In this document: one piece after another, positions 1-12,881 of the stretch | Position numbering within the stretch: the stretch's first letter is position 1 | How the letters are laid out: every line of letters begins with the position of its first letter | Source: Octopus vulgaris | Lineage: Eukaryota | NCBI GenBank assembly: GCA_951406725.2 | Contig: OX597814.1 | Span: 222,580,001 to 222,644,000 of the forward strand | Length of the DNA: 64,000 nucleotides | Reading direction: 5' to 3' | Made by a program: the position numbers and the translations under genes | The notes under the pieces: model-generated | Seen by the model: the letters and a program-made list of their open reading frames with translations, nothing else | Database searches by the model: none | What the model was told of the DNA's origin: nothing

Positions 1-712
1 TTTCAATCGTATGAATATAAGCCCCTTTCATAAACATATAAATGTGGACCATTGCAAAATAGAGATCCATATGTAAAATCCTCAATTCTTTCACTTTCCT
101 AAGATGTTGATTTACACATCATTTTGTTTTCTAATTTAATTTTTAAACGTACTAACTTTTGAAAATGAATTGATATATCTTTAATATATTGTGTTATGTA
201 TTTCGTCGAAGGTTTGTAAATACACACCTACATCCTTCATATTTTGTAACCTTTTCAGCATAGCATAGTTGTATGTATTGGTCCTTGCGGCCATTAAAAA
301 AAAATTAGTATCACTATTATTATTTAATGTTGACATCCAAACATTAGACGCGTACAGAATCGACGTGTGTATATTTCTAAATTGTTTAAAAAACACAACT
401 TAATAATATAATAACATAATTCCTTATTGTTTACACTTGCTCTTCATAAGTGTGAATACGTTTTTCACTGAAGCTTTTTCACTACGTTGATCAGTTATTA
501 TATATATATATATATATAATTCTACGAGATACCACCATGCTGAAAATAGTAACCATGATCTGACTCTAAAACCACCATAATTGGCCATATATCCACCGTA
601 GATACCCTAATTTATAATTTTAATAATTATTACCTTTGAAGGTTATTTTTTCCATGCTGACCACTTGATAAAATCGTTATATTATTTTTAAATTAACGAT
701 CATATCCTTATA

Positions 713-776
<64 letters not shown>

Positions 777-1065
777 TTCCATTGATGAATGTTATATCAT
801 AGCGTACTCTACAACGCGATTACACAATAGTTTAATAGTTTGTTTCCTTACGATTATTTTTAAACCTAAGATGTACATTGGTAGGTTTTATGAATCATAG
901 CATTTATATCCATATACAATCATCAACTCTCATAAAGTATACCCACTAATACTTACAATCTAATTCTTGAACTCAGACGCATATTCACTTTGCCGCAATA
1001 TTTCTCTAGCGATTCAAATGTATTTATATGTACATAAATAGACACATGTACACAATCAAGTTTGC

Positions 1066-1119
<54 letters not shown>

Positions 1120-1753
1120 ACACACACAAACACACACCAAATATACATAATACATACATATATATTTCTATCTTTGCAATGTTTCTTACTGAAATTAGAT
1201 TTTCTTTCGCGTTAGGTAGATAGAATGGAGGAGTGAAAATAAATAAGAGGAAGAGAAGAGAATGACAGAGTGAAAGACAAACTTTCACACTCATATATTC
1301 AGTCCAGCAGCGCAAAATACTTCATTGGCAGAAATTCAAAGTCTGATAGCGAGCAGATATGAACAAAAACGAGAAAGCTGGCAAGCGAAAACATCGGAAT
1401 GGGGAAGAAAAAGCAAACAAGCAATAACTCGTGTTCACTATATACGGTAAAATTAATATATGTAAATATTTGGGATCTCACGATTGAATATATTGGAAAA
1501 ATGAAAATAATTTTCTTTAGTTGATTTATCTATCTCCGAGTACCTGCGAAATTTCCGATTAATTCATCTTTTTTAAGAGATGTTCTATATCTGTGTGTGT
1601 GTATGTGTGTATGTGTGTGTGTGAGTGTGTATGTATGTCTGTGTAAATATGCACATATATGTATATACATATATATACATTTATATGTGTGAATATACAC
1701 ACACATATATATATGTATATGTAAATATACGCATATATATATAAATATACATA

Positions 1754-1806
<53 letters not shown>

Positions 1807-2287
1807 AGAATGATGGGCAAATAAATACAAATGGACAGACTGAGGAGTGAAGGCGAGAGAAAGAGAGAAAGAGTGAGAGAGAGAGAGACAGGAGAGACAT
1901 TTAGATATTTTAGGTATATTGTTTATATAAAATATAGATATATATATTCATATATCACTGAAAGTGTTTGTGTGTGTGTGTGTGTGTATGTGTGTGTGTT
2001 TGCGTGTGTGTGTGTGTGTGCGTACGTATATTGAATTGGGCTGCGGGGAATTTGTGGTTCGTCCATTCGGCGAACATCTGACAAGGCATTAAGTTACTGA
2101 TGGTACTCGAATGTAAGCTGGGAATTTATAAGTCCCAGCGAAGCCAAATGGGAGACGGAATTTGATATCGAAAGGACCAAAACTTCCCAAAACTGCATGA
2201 TGATCCATTCCAGAAAATATTTGTGATGTAGTCTGTCAAACAGCAAATCAGGTACTGTCGGAGAATATCGAGGAATATCGGGGCATA

Positions 2288-2453
2288 TTAATTAACGAAT
2301 GAATGACAGAATTATAGGAGTTAGGTAATTATATTTCTTAGCATACAGACTTCCAACTAAGAAAGACTTTCAACTGAGTGTACATATATCATACACTCAG
2401 CTCGGGGTAGGGTACTATTTATAAAAGTGATTAACATCTCCTTTTCATCATCA

Positions 2454-2535
<82 letters not shown>

Positions 2536-2678
2536 TAACTTTTATAAATAGTACCCTACCCCGAGCTGAGTGTATGATATATGTACACTCAATTGAAAGT
2601 CTTACTTAGTTGAAAGTCTGTATGCTAAGAAATATAATTACCTAACTCCTATAATTCTGTCATTCATTCATTAATTAA
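2288..2678. repeat. 141-bp inverted repeat around (AAT)n
   Basis: 2288-2428 is the reverse complement of 2538-2678 with about 4 mismatches; spacer contains (AAT)n at 2460-2534. Confidence 0.95.
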
Positions 2679-2680
2679 TT

Positions 2681-3907
2681 CCCAGAGCGCAAGGAGGTCG
2701 AGGCCTGATCCAATTTGAACTAGCTTACAAAACAACCACAATTGGACTGGCCAAATATCTTGAAATAACGAATGACTGGATGCTAAAGCTCGTGGAAAAT
2801 CACGAGAGACGGAAGAAGCTTCATTCTATCATAAAGGAAAGCAAAAAAATTGCTATTGATCTCGTGCAGGATACACAAACTGAACAACCCGAGGGAAGTA
2901 CGGCAAATATTGATGCAAAGAAGGTGAAAATAATGGCAACAAAAAAAGCGCACGAGCAATTGGCTGATAGGTGGGAGGAGAAACCTCTGCACGGCAAATA
3001 TGTGGCCCGTAGCAAACAAGCTGATGTTTACCAGAAGCAAACCCATCAGTGGCTATGGAGCTCAGGGCTAAAAGCAGAGAGCGAAGGTTTCATCCTGGCT
3101 GCTCAAGATCAAAGCCTATTAACCCGGAACTACCAGGCCAATGTGATGAAAAATGGAGCAGACCCAAAATGCCGATTCTGCAACGACATGATTGAAAAAG
3201 TGGACCACCTAATCTCTGGATGTAAAGTCTTAGCACCAGTGGAATATAAATTAAGACATGACAGAGTTGGCCAATATCTACACTGGCTAATAAGTCGGCA
3301 TTACAATATCAAAACTGCCGACAAGTGGTATAATCACCAGCCTGAAGCTGTAACTGAAGGAGAAAATGTAACCATTCTGTGGAACTTTCCAGTACATACA
3401 GATCCGAACAATCAAGGCCAATAAACCAGATATTGTTGTGAAAGACCAAAGCAATAAAGTTTTCTTATTGATCGACATGAGCATCCCCTGTGATCATAAT
3501 ATCTCAGCGAAAGAGTTTGACAAGCTCAGAAAATATAAAGACCTACTCATTGAAATTGAGAATTTGTGGCATCTCAAGGCGGTTACAATACCAGTGATCG
3601 TAGGAGCACTATGAATGATCAAGAAGGGAACCGAAAATTATATGAGAATGATCCCTGGCTTACCATCCCTGCAAGAAGTGCAAAAGATTGTCTTAACTGG
3701 TACATCACACGTATTGAGAAGAGCATTGTCGATGTGAGAACTATTACTACCCATGTATTTTAATTTAACATTAAAAAAAATTTTAAATGAACGAACTAGT
3801 GTGTTTAGTTTAATGGCCTACCAATGTATACTATGAGTTTCTTTGCCCTAGGAGTCGGGAAGACACTCGGCAAGAAATGGAAGCAACTTTGAAAGAAGAA
3901 AAAAAAG
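2681..3907 (+). mobile_element. 5'-truncated non-LTR retrotransposon with restriction-like endonuclease (R4/Dong-like), pseudogenised
   Basis: Translation gives post-RT motif PRAQGGRGL, CCHC knuckle CRFCNDMIEKVDHLISGC, RHDRV, then after a 1-nt insertion near 3404 KPDIVVKD..LIDMSIP..KEFDKLRKYKDL (PD-(D/E)xK RLE). One internal stop; ORF ends TGA at about 3737; short 3'UTR runs into (AAT)n, the known target type of Dong elements. Confidence 0.9.
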
Positions 3908-3912
3908 ATAAC

Positions 3913-3954
<42 letters not shown>

Positions 3955-3991
3955 ACTACTACTAATAATAATAATAATAATAATAATAATC

Positions 3992-4062
<71 letters not shown>
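3908..4062. repeat. (AAT)n microsatellite, 3' flank of the RLE LINE
   Basis: Direct reading. Confidence 0.98.
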
Positions 4063-4063
<1 letters not shown>

Positions 4064-4383
4064 GGCGCAGGAGTTGTCTGGTAAGAAACTTGCTTGACAA
4101 CGATATATATATATATATACATATATATACATGGGTGGGTGTATTTGTGTGTGTATGTGTAGGTGTCTATGTGTATCAGTGTTTGTCCCCAACATCACTT
4201 CACAACTGGTGTTGGTGTGTTTACGTCCCCATAACTAAGCGGTCCGGCAAAAAAATCGATAGAATAGAATAAGTACTAGGCTTACAAAGAGTAAGTCCTA
4301 TGGTCGATTCGTTCAACTAAATGCGGTCCTCCATCATGACCGCAGTGAAATGACTGAAACAGGTAAAAGAAAAGAATAAAAGA
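4063..4383 (+). mobile_element. SINE family A, internally deleted copy
   Basis: Head aggcgcaggag..ggtaag joined to the internal TA/TG tract and the 3' half ending cagtgaaatgactgaaacaggtaaaag; homologous to 15567-15988. Confidence 0.8.
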
Positions 4384-4394
4384 AGAAGAAGAAT

Positions 4395-4425
<31 letters not shown>

Positions 4426-4446
4426 AAGAAGAAGAAGAAGAAGAAG

Positions 4447-4478
<32 letters not shown>

Positions 4479-4559
4479 AAACAAAAACAACAACAACAGT
4501 AACAACAACAATGATAATTTCAAATGTTGGTACTAAGGATGAGATGATTACATCTGCCA

Positions 4560-4670
4560 TAGTGACCTTGAGAGGATGAAAAACGACGTCTAACCCAGCG
4601 GAATTTTAACTGAGAATGTAAGCAGGTCAAAGAAATGCCGCTGAGTATTTTCTCCGGCGTGCTAACGATT
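4560..4670 (-). mobile_element. SINE family B, diverged fragment
   Basis: cggcgtgctaacgatt and gcggaattttaactgagaa match the family B head on the - strand. Confidence 0.55.
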
Positions 4671-4825
4671 AATAATAATCGTTTGGATTGAGTGATGAGT
4701 GTGTTTGTCCACATAATACTTACATATCCAGGTAGACTCAATTTAGAAGATATTTAACCAAGATTACGTGGAACGGAATTTGGTACCATATGATACCAAA
4801 GCAATTATCTTTCCCTCACGACTAA

Positions 4826-5247
4826 GTATTTACTCTTTACTCTTTTACTTGTTTCAGTCATTTGACTGCGGCCATGCTGGAGCACCGCCTTTAATCGTTC
4901 AAATCGACCCCGGGACTTATTCATTGTAAGCCCAGTACTTATTCTATCGGTCTCTTTTGCCGAACCGCTAAGTGACGGGCACGTAAACACACCAGCTTCG
5001 GTTGTCAAGCAATGCTAGGGGGACAAACACAAACACACAAGCACACACACGCATATATATATATATATATATATACATATATACGACGGGCTTCTTTCAG
5101 TTTCCGTCTACCAAATCCACTCACAAGGCATTGGTCGGCTCGGGGCTATAGCAGAAGACACTTGCCCAAGGTGCCACGCAGTGGGACTGAACCCGGAACC
5201 ATGTGGTTGGTAAACAAGCTACTTACCACACAGCCACTCCTGCGCCT
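4826..5247 (-). mobile_element. SINE family A, full length (tRNA-derived)
   Basis: Near-identical reverse complement of 15567-15988; A-box-like TGGCTGTGTGG, B-box-like GGTTCAGTCCC, (TAAAAGAG)n tail. Confidence 0.92.
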
Positions 5248-5744
5248 TGTGCAATTTATTATTAACTCCACCTTCGCAAGGGCAGATGTGTTATTTTCAG
5301 TCGTGTTTGTTGGTTTGTTTGGCTGGATGGATTCGAATGTAATTTTCAGGGATGTTTGGCCTCGTGACTGAATAGATTTTGGAGTCGATCCAATCTCGGA
5401 CAAGGATTTTGAATTATTTTTCCGTGTGTTTTTACTCAAATTTTGAGAGCGTTCAGGTTCATTTTTAGTATTCTCATTTGTGAGGGCAGTCGGGGTTATT
5501 TCTGGTTAATCGTTGAGAGGACGATGGTGTTGCCTTGGCGCAGGTTTGCGCTCTCTGAGCGCTCTTGTTGTATTTCTATTTTCAGAATTATACCTCTATG
5601 GAAGTCGCGAACTGCAAATGCGTAGGTAACAAATAGTTTATAACCTGACTGTCGCTTGTGCTAAAACTATTTGTAGTAAGTAGCACCTATGAATTTCAGT
5701 TCGAAGTTTTCAATGGTATGATTATGAAAAAAAAGGGAGCCAAA

Positions 5745-6144
5745 ATTCATTTCTGCTCTAAGCACAGGGCCCGAAATCGTTGGGGAGGGGGCCAGTCGGC
5801 TAGATCGACCCCAGTATGCAAGTGGTACTTAAGTTATCGACACCGAAAGGATGCAAAGCAAAGTCGACCTAGGCGGAATTTGAAATCAGAACGTGAAGAC
5901 AGACGAAATACCTATTTCTTTACTACCCACAAGGGGCTAAACACAGAGAGGACAAACAAGGACAGACAAACGGATTAAGTCGATTAGATCGATCCCAGTG
6001 CGTAACTGGTACTTATCTAATCAACCCCGAAAGGATGAAAGGCAAAGTCGACCTCGACGGAAATTGAACTCAGCCGAAACGGTAGACGAAATACTGCTAA
6101 GCATTTCGCCCGGCGTGCTAACGTTTCTGCCAGATCGCCACCTT
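5745..6144 (-). mobile_element. SINE family B, head plus 2 tandem units
   Basis: Head aaggtggcgatctggcagaaacgttagcacgccgggcg; unit starts near 6094 and 5911 (period about 183 bp). Confidence 0.88.
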
Positions 6145-9104
6145 AATAAAAAGGAAGCCAATATCAAATTGTTTAAATACTGGTTAAGCCGTGGATGTAC
6201 GAGTTTCGGCCTTCCTATACACAGTACCGTGTTCGATTTTACTTCACAGGCTCTGAGTAAATGTGCACTAATTTGGATTCAGTTTCAGCAGTCAGCCCAA
6301 GCAATTGTCCTGATGATAATTTAGACTTTATTGATCTCTCATCAATTTAGCTGCTACTAGGTGGCATTTAATACCACAATGTATTCCTGGCAGGGCTGGA
6401 ATATTAGTTTGTGACAAGCAGTTCCTTTAACTGTACTAAATCTTGGTCGTTTCAATTCATTGAGAATTTTCGGTAGTATTTTAAATTGCGTAACTTGTTT
6501 TCCTTCGGTTTTGTTAGTTCAGCAATGTTTATTCAAATTAATCAAATTTATTGTGCAATTTACAATGGACTGAGATCAAGCTTACATTTTTGAAAGGTCT
6601 TTTGTTTTATCTGCTCACAGCGATTTAACGTGTGATTTTGCTAAGCCAAATTAATATTCTTTAGTTTTCCCTCTCGTAATACGAATTCACAGGGACTTCT
6701 TAACTTGACAACAGGAAAATTCTGCTTCATAGTAATGACATAATTCTATTGGTGTCGCATAATAACCGCCATTAATAGTAGCAGAGAAACTCCTGGATAT
6801 ATTATTACAGTATTATATAATTGAATAAATAACGTTCATATATTTTATAAGATTCTGATTGTATGTGTGTGTTGTGTCTGTTTGAAGTATCTTGTACTAT
6901 GTACTCAAACATACACTGTAAGTTATTATCGTAAACATTAATATAATTTGTCATCTGATTTCGTTGTATTATAGTAGAATTGTATCGATCATTTAATAAA
7001 ATCAAAACTATAAACAGATTCCTTTGTTCTTTAATGTATATATATATATATATATATATACAGAGAAAGGAAGAGAGAGATACTTATACATAATTATGCT
7101 TGTAAGTATGAATGTGTGCGTATGTGCTTACTTATGCATACACGTATCCTTTATATGTGCATATATAAATATGTAAGTATGTGCCTGAAAGTCTGAGTTT
7201 GGGTTAATGTGTTTGAAAATATATACGCACAGTGTAACTTCTACGTTTCTATCTTCAAACGCTCTAGATGAATTCACAAATAGTTTTAATAAAATGAATA
7301 AGGAATAATAAACATTTCTTTCTATTCTGTGCATGTTTAAACATAATATATTTCTTGTTGACATTATGTATTGTAATTATGAATATATCAGTTACTAGTT
7401 GCTTTGCGTTCTATAAGCATCGATAAATAAGCTCGAATAAATGATATGTAGGCAATAAAGAATTGCTGCTTCATAATATAAAATGATGCATATTAGAATG
7501 AATGGTTTTGGGTCAAACATATGGTGATATGTCAATACGTACGATTGTGTATATATATGTCTGTGTTTGTGTGCGTGTGTGCGTATGTGTGTGTGCGTGT
7601 GTGTGTTTGTGTTTCACTATTGCTTTGTTCATTACTTTGGACTTCTAAGCGAAATTAAATTCAGCGAAAAGAGAAATAGATCGAACTACGTTTTGTCCAT
7701 TATTATATTTACTGCTTTTAATTCAACATTAAAGTACAAAATGCTTATAGAGCTAACGATTTTCAAAATGTTATTCAAACAATTTCCTCTGAATTCATCC
7801 AGAACTTATCTTCCTTTTGCACATGTTATCTGCACCTAAGTAGGCGCTGGCGCAGAGTTGGTGCCAAAAATATGTAGTATTACTTCCATCTAACTTTGTG
7901 GTACATTCATCACTTTTCTTATAACAGAACTTTAAAAGCCTTGGGAATATAAGCCCTGGGAATGAAATTTGCTTGATGGAAACTGCGTGACCAGTTTTTT
8001 TTTCTTATATGCTCGACTTAATTATTTACCCTTCTCAATACCACCACGTGATATTTTAGTGCCTTTTGAGGATTCCTTTCAACTGCAAGAATTCGTTGCA
8101 CGTCTTCAGTCTGGAGATAAGTTCATCCCTTCTCCTACTCAATTTTAAGCGGGGCAAAAATTAAGTTACTTCCCTCACTACTCGTTTGACTAGTCGATGG
8201 GAGTGTGCAATTCGTAGCCCTAATTAGTGACAGTGACGTGCACTGCTTTAGTAGTTATTGACAAATTGCTCAACCTCTCTATATAGTTCATCGTACTATT
8301 CTAATGATATGCTGATTTGTTGTTCTACGTGATACTGATCGAATGAGCGCTGCAATAGCAAAAAAAGGTTCTGTCTCATAGGATTCCGATAAAAAAACAC
8401 GCACTGTCGAATCGCCTTCGATAAGCAATAAACACAATAATTCTTAATTATATTTAATTGAACAGAACAACGATAGCAACGAGCATATCAAATTTTATCA
8501 AGATTAAAATAGAAATATAAAAATAAAGAACAATGCAAACAAAATCTTTATGATAAAGATGATTCTAAATTAAGAATTCCAGTTCAACAATTCTATATTA
8601 AAAGTCTTTCAGACAGATTAGAATGTACTTCTATTACATGATTTATATTTAGTGGTTTACTTCTGAGTATTTTGATGATGATTATACGTGTTTATGTTTT
8701 GGATGTCAATGTTCTAGCTTTGATTATATTTCTCTATCAGCAGACGGATATTTTCTTCCATCTTCCCGTCCAAATATGATAAGCTCATCCTTGGAGGCAC
8801 GAGTACTGAAGTAATATATTGATGATAAAGAATTTACATAATATTAAATTCTTTTCTTCCCGGTGTTTTATTCAATGTCGGACAAATTTGTTTTGCATTA
8901 TATCTCTTGAATTCCAGTAAGAGTGTAATCGAATCTGCATTTTTAATGCACTTTCGGAAAGATAAGGTTATAAAAATATACTCATATGAACATACAACCG
9001 TAGGTGTTTGAATACTTGCTAAGTAGTCAATATAAAATTTGCATAACCAGTTTTTATATAAAAGAATATCGGCATAGCCACACACACATATATATATCTA
9101 TATC

Positions 9105-9450
<346 letters not shown>

Positions 9451-9856
9451 ACATTATATATACATATATATATATATATTTAAAGAACAACTTTCGATCG
9501 CAAATGACCGTGAGATTGCACCTTCCCTCCGCGGCACAATTATATATATCATTATTCCTCTCTTCCTGTTTTCGATTTGATCTTACAAATACATTCCCTA
9601 CTTTTAGGCCACTTTAAATAAAACCCTTGATACAATAGCACTGTGTACAAGCTCTATACTTAGGAATGACCAATTTTAGATACTATTGGATTATACTCAC
9701 ACGGTATTGCAATATTATATGTATACCATTCTGCCTAAATAATGGATCTACAAATGTAATATCCCTGCAAATATCACATCTCTTTTCATTCCTCCACTTC
9801 ACTCTCTATTTCCTTTCTTACCTACAGTAACTATTGCTTGACTACTTTTTCACACC

Positions 9857-9904
9857 GTCTCCGAAGAAGGGATATATTAAATACCCTGGAAACAGCTGTA
9901 AGAC
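9857..9904 (+). ncRNA. Type I hammerhead ribozyme motif (core variant CCGAAGA)
   Basis: GTCT-CCGAAGA-AGGG(atatattaaata)CCCT-G-GAAA-C-AGCT-GTA-AGAC; stem I GTCT/AGAC, palindromic loop III. Confidence 0.7.
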
Positions 9905-10144
9905 CTTCTATTTAGAAATGTTCTAAAATCATCACAGCCTTGGTTTTTTTTATTTCATTCTGAAAAAAAATTATATATATATAACATCCAAATTTCCTCA
10001 TTTTACATTCTACATTGAGAGAAGAAAGAGATGGACGCTTCAATTCTATGCTGCTGCCGCATTATGTCGTACGCGAATGAGAGGATTTGCATCCCCAACC
10101 AAGAATTTTTGATGTAACACATGTCCTTGTGGAAGCAGTTGTGC

Positions 10145-10222
10145 GCGGCTGAAGAAGGCCACAGACATACATTATGCATTGTTATAAATCTGTCTAATAA
10201 AGGCCCGAAACATATGTACCGC
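10145..10222 (+). ncRNA. Type I hammerhead ribozyme, long stem II
   Basis: GCGG-CTGAAGA-A-GGCC...GGCC-C-GAAA-C-ATAT-GTA-CCGC; intact core, stem I GCGG/CCGC, GUA cleavage triplet. Confidence 0.85.
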
Positions 10223-10253
10223 TGAATCCTTCGCATTATGTTTTTATTTTGAT

Positions 10254-10322
<69 letters not shown>

Positions 10323-10383
10323 GTATGTATAACGAAAAAGTCAAGGTAGAACATGCTAAAATAATTTTATCATACAAAACACT

Positions 10384-10423
10384 TTAGTATTGGTTTCAGT
10401 CATTGAGAGTTTTTGGACTCTAA
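10384..10423 (-). ncRNA. Probable decayed hammerhead (core lost)
   Basis: - strand TTAG-AGTC(...)GACT-GAAAC-CAATA-CTAA; stems I and II and GAAAC are retained, CUGANGA is missing. Confidence 0.3.
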
Positions 10424-10582
10424 GTATGGAAAACAATTAAAGTTTGGAAAAATTAAATGAAATTTTTTTTTAAAAGAATATTTGCAAAGTATTCAAATAC
10501 AAGGGGCAATTTCCTGGCTTCTGCTTGTCTCTGTCTCTCTTGTTTACTCTTGTGGGTTCGAGGTTGTTGTGAATTCTTGGCA

Positions 10583-10966
10583 GAGAAGAAGAAGAAGAAG
10601 AAGAAGAAGAAGAAGAAGAAGAAGAAGAAGAAGGAGGAGGAGGAAGAAGAAGAAGAAGAAGGAGAAGAAGAAGAAGAAGAAGAAGAAGGAGAAGAAGGAG
10701 AAGAAGAAGAAGAAGAAGGAGAAGAAGAAGGAGAAGGAGAAGAAGAAGAAGAAGAAGAAGAAGAAGAAGAAGGAGACGGAGAAGGAGAAGAAGAAGAAGA
10801 AGAAGAAGAAGAAGAAGGAGAAGAAGGAGGAGAAGAAGAAGAAGAAGAAGGAGAAGGAGAAGAAGAAGAAGAAGAAGAAGAAGAAGAAGAAGGAGAAGTA
10901 GAAGGAGAAGGAGAAGAAGAACAAGAACAAGAACAAGAACAACAACAACAAGAACAAGAACAAGAA
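10583..10966. repeat. Compound (GAA/GGA/CAA)n purine-rich microsatellite
   Basis: Direct reading; source of the spurious poly-K/E/S/F ORFs. Confidence 0.97.
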
Positions 10967-10971
10967 TGTGG

Positions 10972-11346
10972 GAGTGGTATGATGGTGGTAGGATGATAGA
11001 CGCTCAAGTGCGCTGAAAGTGACTTGTTGTGAATGGTAGTAGTGATTGAATTCTTGAGATAAATCTCTTTTGAATGTATTGTTTTTAATATTTGCACAGG
11101 TGTTATTCTAAATAGCGGTAGTAGTAAAGTAAGGAATGAAGCGGCAGAGAGGAAGACGAAGAAGGAGAGGAGAAAGAATAATAAAAGAATGCGTGAGTGG
11201 TATGATACTTGTAGGTTGTTAAATGGTCAAGTGACCTAAAAGTGACTCGTTGTGGATTATAGCAGTGATTGGGACTGTTTTTAATGAATTCATCGGTATC
11301 TCTTTTGAAGGTATCATTTTTAATATTTACGTGTGTGTTATTCTAA
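10972..11346. repeat. Diverged tandem duplication, period about 225 bp
   Basis: gagtggtatgat..tcaagtg..aaagtgact..atctcttttgaa..tttttaatattt..gtgttattctaa occurs at about 10972-11110 and 11195-11346. Confidence 0.75.
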
Positions 11347-11422
11347 GGTCGTTGTGGATATTTAAAAAAAACGGCGGGAACTTAGTTGCCATCCGAATAT
11401 ATATATATATATATATTCGTAT

Positions 11423-11484
11423 GCACCTGATGAAAAAGTACAACGTATGATGCCCCTAATGAGCTTTTGAAAGAGCTGTAGTAC
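11423..11484 (+). ncRNA. Degenerate type I hammerhead
   Basis: GCAC-CTGATGA-AAAAG...CTTTT-GAAA-G-AGCT-GTA-GTAC; one mismatch each in stems I and III. Confidence 0.6.
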
Positions 11485-12358
11485 TCGATCAACTCCTCGG
11501 TCTTTTTCATTACAGATTATCGTATCATCAGCAATATTTGTCGCTTTCGAAATGGCTGAATGAAGCTAATACCATCGTGATGAAAGACTGACTGAAACAC
11601 AGAGATAACATTAAGCACACGAACTATTCACAGTAACACAATAACTGGCAGTAACTCTTCTGTACTAATTCACTTTCAATAGTATCAAACACTCTCAACA
11701 ATTATCGTAACGCGATTTCAATATTATAACATTCAAACTCCCTCACTAAATAAAATTTATTCGTAAAAAAAATCAACTAAACAGATTTCGTCATTTTCGT
11801 CTATACACAACTGCTGACATCCAGCGATGCAACTAAAAGTCAGCTCCCCAAATTAATAGTCAAATACAGCCTCCGGTAATCAGCAATCAGCTTCAACTAT
11901 CACTGGGCACTACATTCAACAACCAGAAATCTAACTTAGTGAACATAACTTAGTGTAATTGTGATGTTCCCTGGTAGGCATTTCACCTAATTTAATTTAC
12001 TAGTATACCAGAACCTGGATCATACATTACTCATTGATGTTACTACCTCATGGTGTTGTGTAGATCTGGCTACAATTAACACACTTTCCGCACAACTAAC
12101 TTATTAATTTGATTATTTTCCTAATCCCCTTAATGACACACTAGATCCTAAATCGTACGAGCCATGTTTTATATTTCCTTTTTCTACAGGCCCAACGATC
12201 TTAAACGTAGATATATGAGCGTGCGCATGCATATTCGTGCGGATGAATTTGTATCTCTATAATTACAAATAGAAGATCGTTAACTTGCGAATATTTTTTT
12301 GTCGCACGATTTCTTATTTCTGGCATTACATTTAATTAAATTTCATATATATTTTGTG

Positions 12359-12397
<39 letters not shown>

Positions 12398-12623
12398 GTG
12401 TATTTACAATTATACTTCATATTTTAGCACTACTTTAATATCATACGATTATATTCGCTTGTAAATATTTATTCTCAAATGTTTATGTACTTGTAGTTAT
12501 ATTCTATTCCCTTACTCTCATGTAGATTACATACTGGTATATTAGAATATGTGTATATCGAAGAGGGTATATATATATATATATATATAAGTTCAGCAAC
12601 AATATATATAAGTTCAGCAATAA

Positions 12624-12709
12624 TTGGCTGAAGAGCACTCAGCATCTTAAATCTGCTGTAATACTTGCAACTTTTAATAAAATGTTGTAATGCGAAACAA
12701 TTGTACCAA
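12624..12709 (+). ncRNA. Type I hammerhead ribozyme, long stem II
   Basis: TTGG-CTGAAGA-GCA...TGC-GAAA-C-AATT-GTA-CCAA; fully canonical core. Confidence 0.9.
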
Positions 12710-12790
12710 ATTAGCGGAGTCATTCTTGTTGCTTATTTTTGATTACATGTATATATATATACGAGAAAGAAGCAACAAGAATGGATTAGT

Positions 12791-12881
12791 TTTTAGTACA
12801 ATTGTTTCATACAAAGACAGGCTTTATTACAAGTTGCAAAAATTGCAGCAGATAAAAGTGTCCCGTACTCATCAGCTAAAA
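12791..12881 (-). ncRNA. Type I hammerhead ribozyme, long stem II
   Basis: - strand TTTTAG-CTGATGA-GTACGGGACA...TGTCTTTGTAT-GAAA-C-AATT-GTA-CTAAAA; 6-bp stem I. Confidence 0.9.

Noticed and set aside
8068-8112. - strand CTGAAGA..TGCAA/TTGCA..GAAA-GG-AAT-CC-TC hammerhead-like string
   Set aside because: No stem I pairing and stem II is offset from the core; kept out, though a decayed copy is possible.
10453-11097. Long poly-E/K/S/F ORFs
   Set aside because: Translation of a GAA/GGA microsatellite open in several frames; the same applies to all YI, HT, MYVC and poly-N ORFs.
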